This document shows positions 18,056 through 20,000 of a DNA stretch of 20,000 nucleotides, in pieces. The notes under the pieces were generated by a model. It saw only the letters and a list, made by a program, of their open reading frames with translations, made no database searches and was not told where the DNA came from. A program made the translations under genes and the position numbers. The stretch's first letter is position 1. The number at the start of each line of letters is the position of its first letter. Origin of the DNA: an uncultured virus (IMG/VR IMGVR_UViG_3300028586_000786) (taxonomy: Duplodnaviria > Heunggongvirae > Uroviricota > Caudoviricetes); the IMG/VR virus record IMGVR_UViG_3300028586_000786. The stretch is one strand, 5' to 3'.

Positions 18056-18544
18056 TTAGGCCTCCACAGTGCGGGCGACAGCGCTTTCGGCCGGAGCGAA
18101 CTCCGCTGCGCCCATAACCAAGGCCTTGTGCTTGCTGTACGAGCTCAGACCCTGGGCCTTCACGAAGTCACCGGCTTTGGTAAAGCCGTCGACCAGCGCA
18201 GCCTTTTGCGCGTCGCTCAGCGCTAGCGTCTGACGGGTCAGGAACGAGGCGAGGTACGGAACGGTCGACAGAGCTTCAGCGACCGCCAGGTAAGGGGTGT
18301 CGCCTTGGTGCTTTCGTCGATTCGGGCTGAACGTCTTGTAGAGGTCGCGGCCATGGAGAATGGCGTGCGCAGCAAACATCGACGAGGACAGCTTGTCGCC
18401 AGAGTTGGCGAGGGCTTTCCAGGCAGCGTTAAATGCCAGGTATTCGTCTTTCGACGAGAAGAAGTGCAGGTGTGCGTCGGTAACGCGCAGCGAAGAGGTA
18501 GCTGCCGTAGCGGCGACGGTATTGATGGTGTTGATTGCGGTCAT
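18056..18544 (-). CDS. hypothetical protein (starts MTAINT), similar to the N-domain of the 15411-16361 fusion
   Basis: AAGGAG RBS before ATG 18544; AILHGRDLYKTFSP...GDTPYLA resembles SMLRGWQPWSGFCP...GRDPYAG. Confidence 0.8.
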   Translation of the reverse strand: MTAINTINTVAATAATSSLRVTDAHLHFFSSKDEYLAFNAAWKALANSGDKLSSSMFAAHAILHGRDLYKTFSPNRRKHQGDTPYLAVAEALSTVPYLASFLTRQTLALSDAQKAALVDGFTKAGDFVKAQGLSSYSKHKALVMGAAEFAPAESAVARTVEA

Positions 18545-18669
18545 GGTAGTGCTCCTTGGACGGAAAAACAATGGGTTGCTTGCAGCCGCGAAGTGCGGCA
18601 AAAGAAAGGGCAACCGTGTCCAGGAGGACCGCGGGGGAGCGGGCAGGAAATCTATTGGTGAGCCATCAT
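18541..18669 (-). promoter_or_regulatory. leader ORF with in-frame amber codon: MMAHQ*ISCPLPRGPPGHGCPFFCRTSRLQATHCFSVQGALP
   Basis: GGAG RBS, CTAGAC box 18704-18709; TAG at 18652-18654; read-through frame ends in an ATGA overlap with the next gene. Confidence 0.72.
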
Positions 18670-18725
18670 GGCATGCTCCAAATGGGTTAATCGTTGTTGC
18701 TTCGTCTAGCGACGCTGTTTATATC

Positions 18726-18932
18726 TTACTTCAACACAAAGACAGGCTGGGCTTGATTCCAGCTCCCCGTGGCCTTTGGGGCGGTACACATTTCGATGTC
18801 AGCCCTGCTGGGTGCGCCATCAGTCCTAAGAGGCATCCGTTTCCGGAGCTTCCGTGCAATGTGTTGCGTGACCTTCCACGCCGCTGCCTTTGTGTTGACT
18901 CTCTTCCGAGAATCGTTTCTTGCAAACATCAT
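18726..18932 (-). CDS. possible small basic protein (68 aa)
   Basis: ORF only; lies between the tRNA and the leader on the same strand. Confidence 0.3.
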   Translation of the reverse strand: MMFARNDSRKRVNTKAAAWKVTQHIARKLRKRMPLRTDGAPSRADIEMCTAPKATGSWNQAQPVFVLK

Positions 18933-19016
18933 GCCCCAGTTTTGCTAGGGCTGCAAGCATTTCAGTAGTCGGGCTTTTTGTCTTTCATGACCGCTCCGTT
19001 AACTTCAGTTAGTATT

Positions 19017-19111
19017 TGGTCAGTCCGACAGGATTCGAACCTGCATGGGAGAAGTCTCCTTCTCGCCGACCTTAGGGGGCCGGTGCTTTCCGCCGTTTAG
19101 ACTACGGACCG
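19017..19111 (-). tRNA. class II (Leu-like) tRNA with abnormal 8-nt anticodon loop CCCCUAAG; putative amber (CUA) suppressor
   Basis: acceptor CGGTCCG/CGGACTG, A73, encoded CCA; T-arm GCAGG-TTCGAAT-CCTGT; anticodon stem CCGGC/GTCGG; variable arm GAGAAG-GAGA-CTTCTC. Confidence 0.88.
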
Positions 19112-19120
19112 TATGAACAC

Positions 19121-19149
19121 AGTATAGCAAGTGTTTAGGCGTATTGCAA
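19121..19149 (-). promoter_or_regulatory. sigma70-type promoter of the tRNA
   Basis: TTGCAA-17 nt-TATACT, ending 9 nt upstream of the tRNA 5' end. Confidence 0.85.
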
Positions 19150-19169
19150 CAGGCTTTTAGCCAGACAAG

Positions 19170-19196
19170 AAAAAAGCTGACCCGAGGGCCAGCTTT
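19170..19196 (-). terminator. intrinsic terminator
   Basis: AAAGCTGGCCC..GGGTCAGCTTTTTT on the minus strand after the stop at 19203. Confidence 0.75.
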
Positions 19197-19202
19197 CATG
19201 AA

Positions 19203-19730
19203 TCAGGCGGGAGGTGCGACTTCCGTGTGCCCGGTAACAACTTGGACCTGCTTGTACACCTGGTTCGGCTCGAACAGCCGGTAGCCTTTGTACTGGATTC
19301 CCTTTTGCGAGCAGTACTGCTTTGCCCGTTCGACCATTTCAGCCAGAACGTCTGCTGGCGGCAATTCGTCGACAAAGATGGCGACGCTTTCGTAGGCGGG
19401 GAAGTTTGCCTTGGCCTGCTGAGGATTGAGCTGAGCTCGAACCTCGGCAGTATCGTCGAAATGGCTGCCATAGCCGTCATTGAACCTCCCCGGGGAGGGC
19501 CAGATGCTGGCCGGCCGCGCGCAGCCGCGGTCATCCGTCTCATCAGTCACGTGCTCTTCAAACCAGAGCGCGTGTTTGAGGTCCTCGAGCGATTCGTTTG
19601 CGATGCCTTGCCCGACGCCGCATTCGCCGAAGCGGCCGGTCATGAACGCACACATTTCGCGCTCGAAGCTTCCAGAGTAGCTGTCGGTGTCGATAACGAC
19701 AATCTTGCTGGAAGGGTGGTCAACTGCCAT
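19203..19730 (-). CDS. hypothetical protein
   Basis: AAAGGA RBS; VIDTDSYSGSFEREMCAFMTG...ECGVG, YESVAIF. Confidence 0.8.
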   Translation of the reverse strand: MAVDHPSSKIVVIDTDSYSGSFEREMCAFMTGRFGECGVGQGIANESLEDLKHALWFEEHVTDETDDRGCARPASIWPSPGRFNDGYGSHFDDTAEVRAQLNPQQAKANFPAYESVAIFVDELPPADVLAEMVERAKQYCSQKGIQYKGYRLFEPNQVYKQVQVVTGHTEVAPPA

Positions 19731-19805
19731 GATTTCCTTTGCTGGGGGAGGTGGTGGCCCGATGATAGTCCATCAGGCCGGGAGTTCGCAGGAGATGATG
19801 GGTTG

Positions 19806-20000
19806 TTATGCCGCAGCCAAGCCAAGAAGGTTCTGAGCTTCTGCCAGGTCCTGTTGGGACTCGAAGCCGAGTTCGGCCTTCACTTCCCCACTTGCTGCGC
19901 AAGCGCCAGGATTCCACAGCATACAGTTGATTCCACGCTCTGCGAGCTTGGACAGGATGGCTGGAACATTGTTGGTGATGACGGAGGTATCAAATGCCAT
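19806..20000 (-). CDS. hypothetical protein (possibly 5'-truncated by the window edge)
   Basis: ORF reaching the window end. Confidence 0.6.
   Translation of the reverse strand: MAFDTSVITNNVPAILSKLAERGINCMLWNPGACAASGEVKAELGFESQQDLAEAQNLLGLAAA

Noticed and set aside
18545..18613. TTG-start N-terminal extension of the 18056 ORF
   Set aside because: A strong AAGGAG RBS precedes ATG 18544; the upstream DNA is better explained by the leader ORF.
19017..19111. tRNA-Pyl, tRNA-Sec or allo-tRNA identity
   Set aside because: It has a 7/5 acceptor/T-stem layout, a long variable arm and A73. tRNA-Pyl has a very short variable loop, and Sec/allo-tRNAs have 8/5, 8/4 or 9/3 layouts.
1..20000. Genome-wide TAG reassignment (alternative genetic code)
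   Set aside because: Genes at 1291-1785, 4791-5684 and 8230-9126 end in TAG, two of them directly followed by terminators, and long genes have no internal TAG. Any readthrough is local or conditional.

Overview
A GC-rich accessory region with no housekeeping synteny. It is most consistent with a betaproteobacterial (Burkholderiales-like) megaplasmid or very large phage; this is inferred from the H-NS type and gene content. Most of the window is short, separately transcribed genes, each with a CTA(T/C/G)AC -10-like box about 27-39 nt upstream of the start and often a terminator hairpin. Recognisable products: a PD-(D/E)xK-like nuclease, an ART-like protein, a GIY-YIG/T5orf172 protein, H-NS, a secreted Ig/SPRY-like protein, an HDAC-family deacetylase, a PEP-utilizer mobile-domain fusion, an AcrVA2/FinQ-like protein and a Lar-like Zn ribbon. 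The standout is the minus-strand block at about 15.4-19.15 kb. It holds a strongly promoted Leu-type tRNA with an abnormal 8-nt anticodon loop containing CUA. It also holds two homologous leader ORFs, absent from the ORF track, of the form M..Q-UAG-ISCP...(R/Q)GPP. Their read-through frames end at the start of the next gene: a Pth2-like gene (followed by an HD-domain fusion) in one case, and a paralog of that fusion's N-terminal domain in the other. This suggests an amber-readthrough or ribosome-stall-gated tRNA/translation rescue module.
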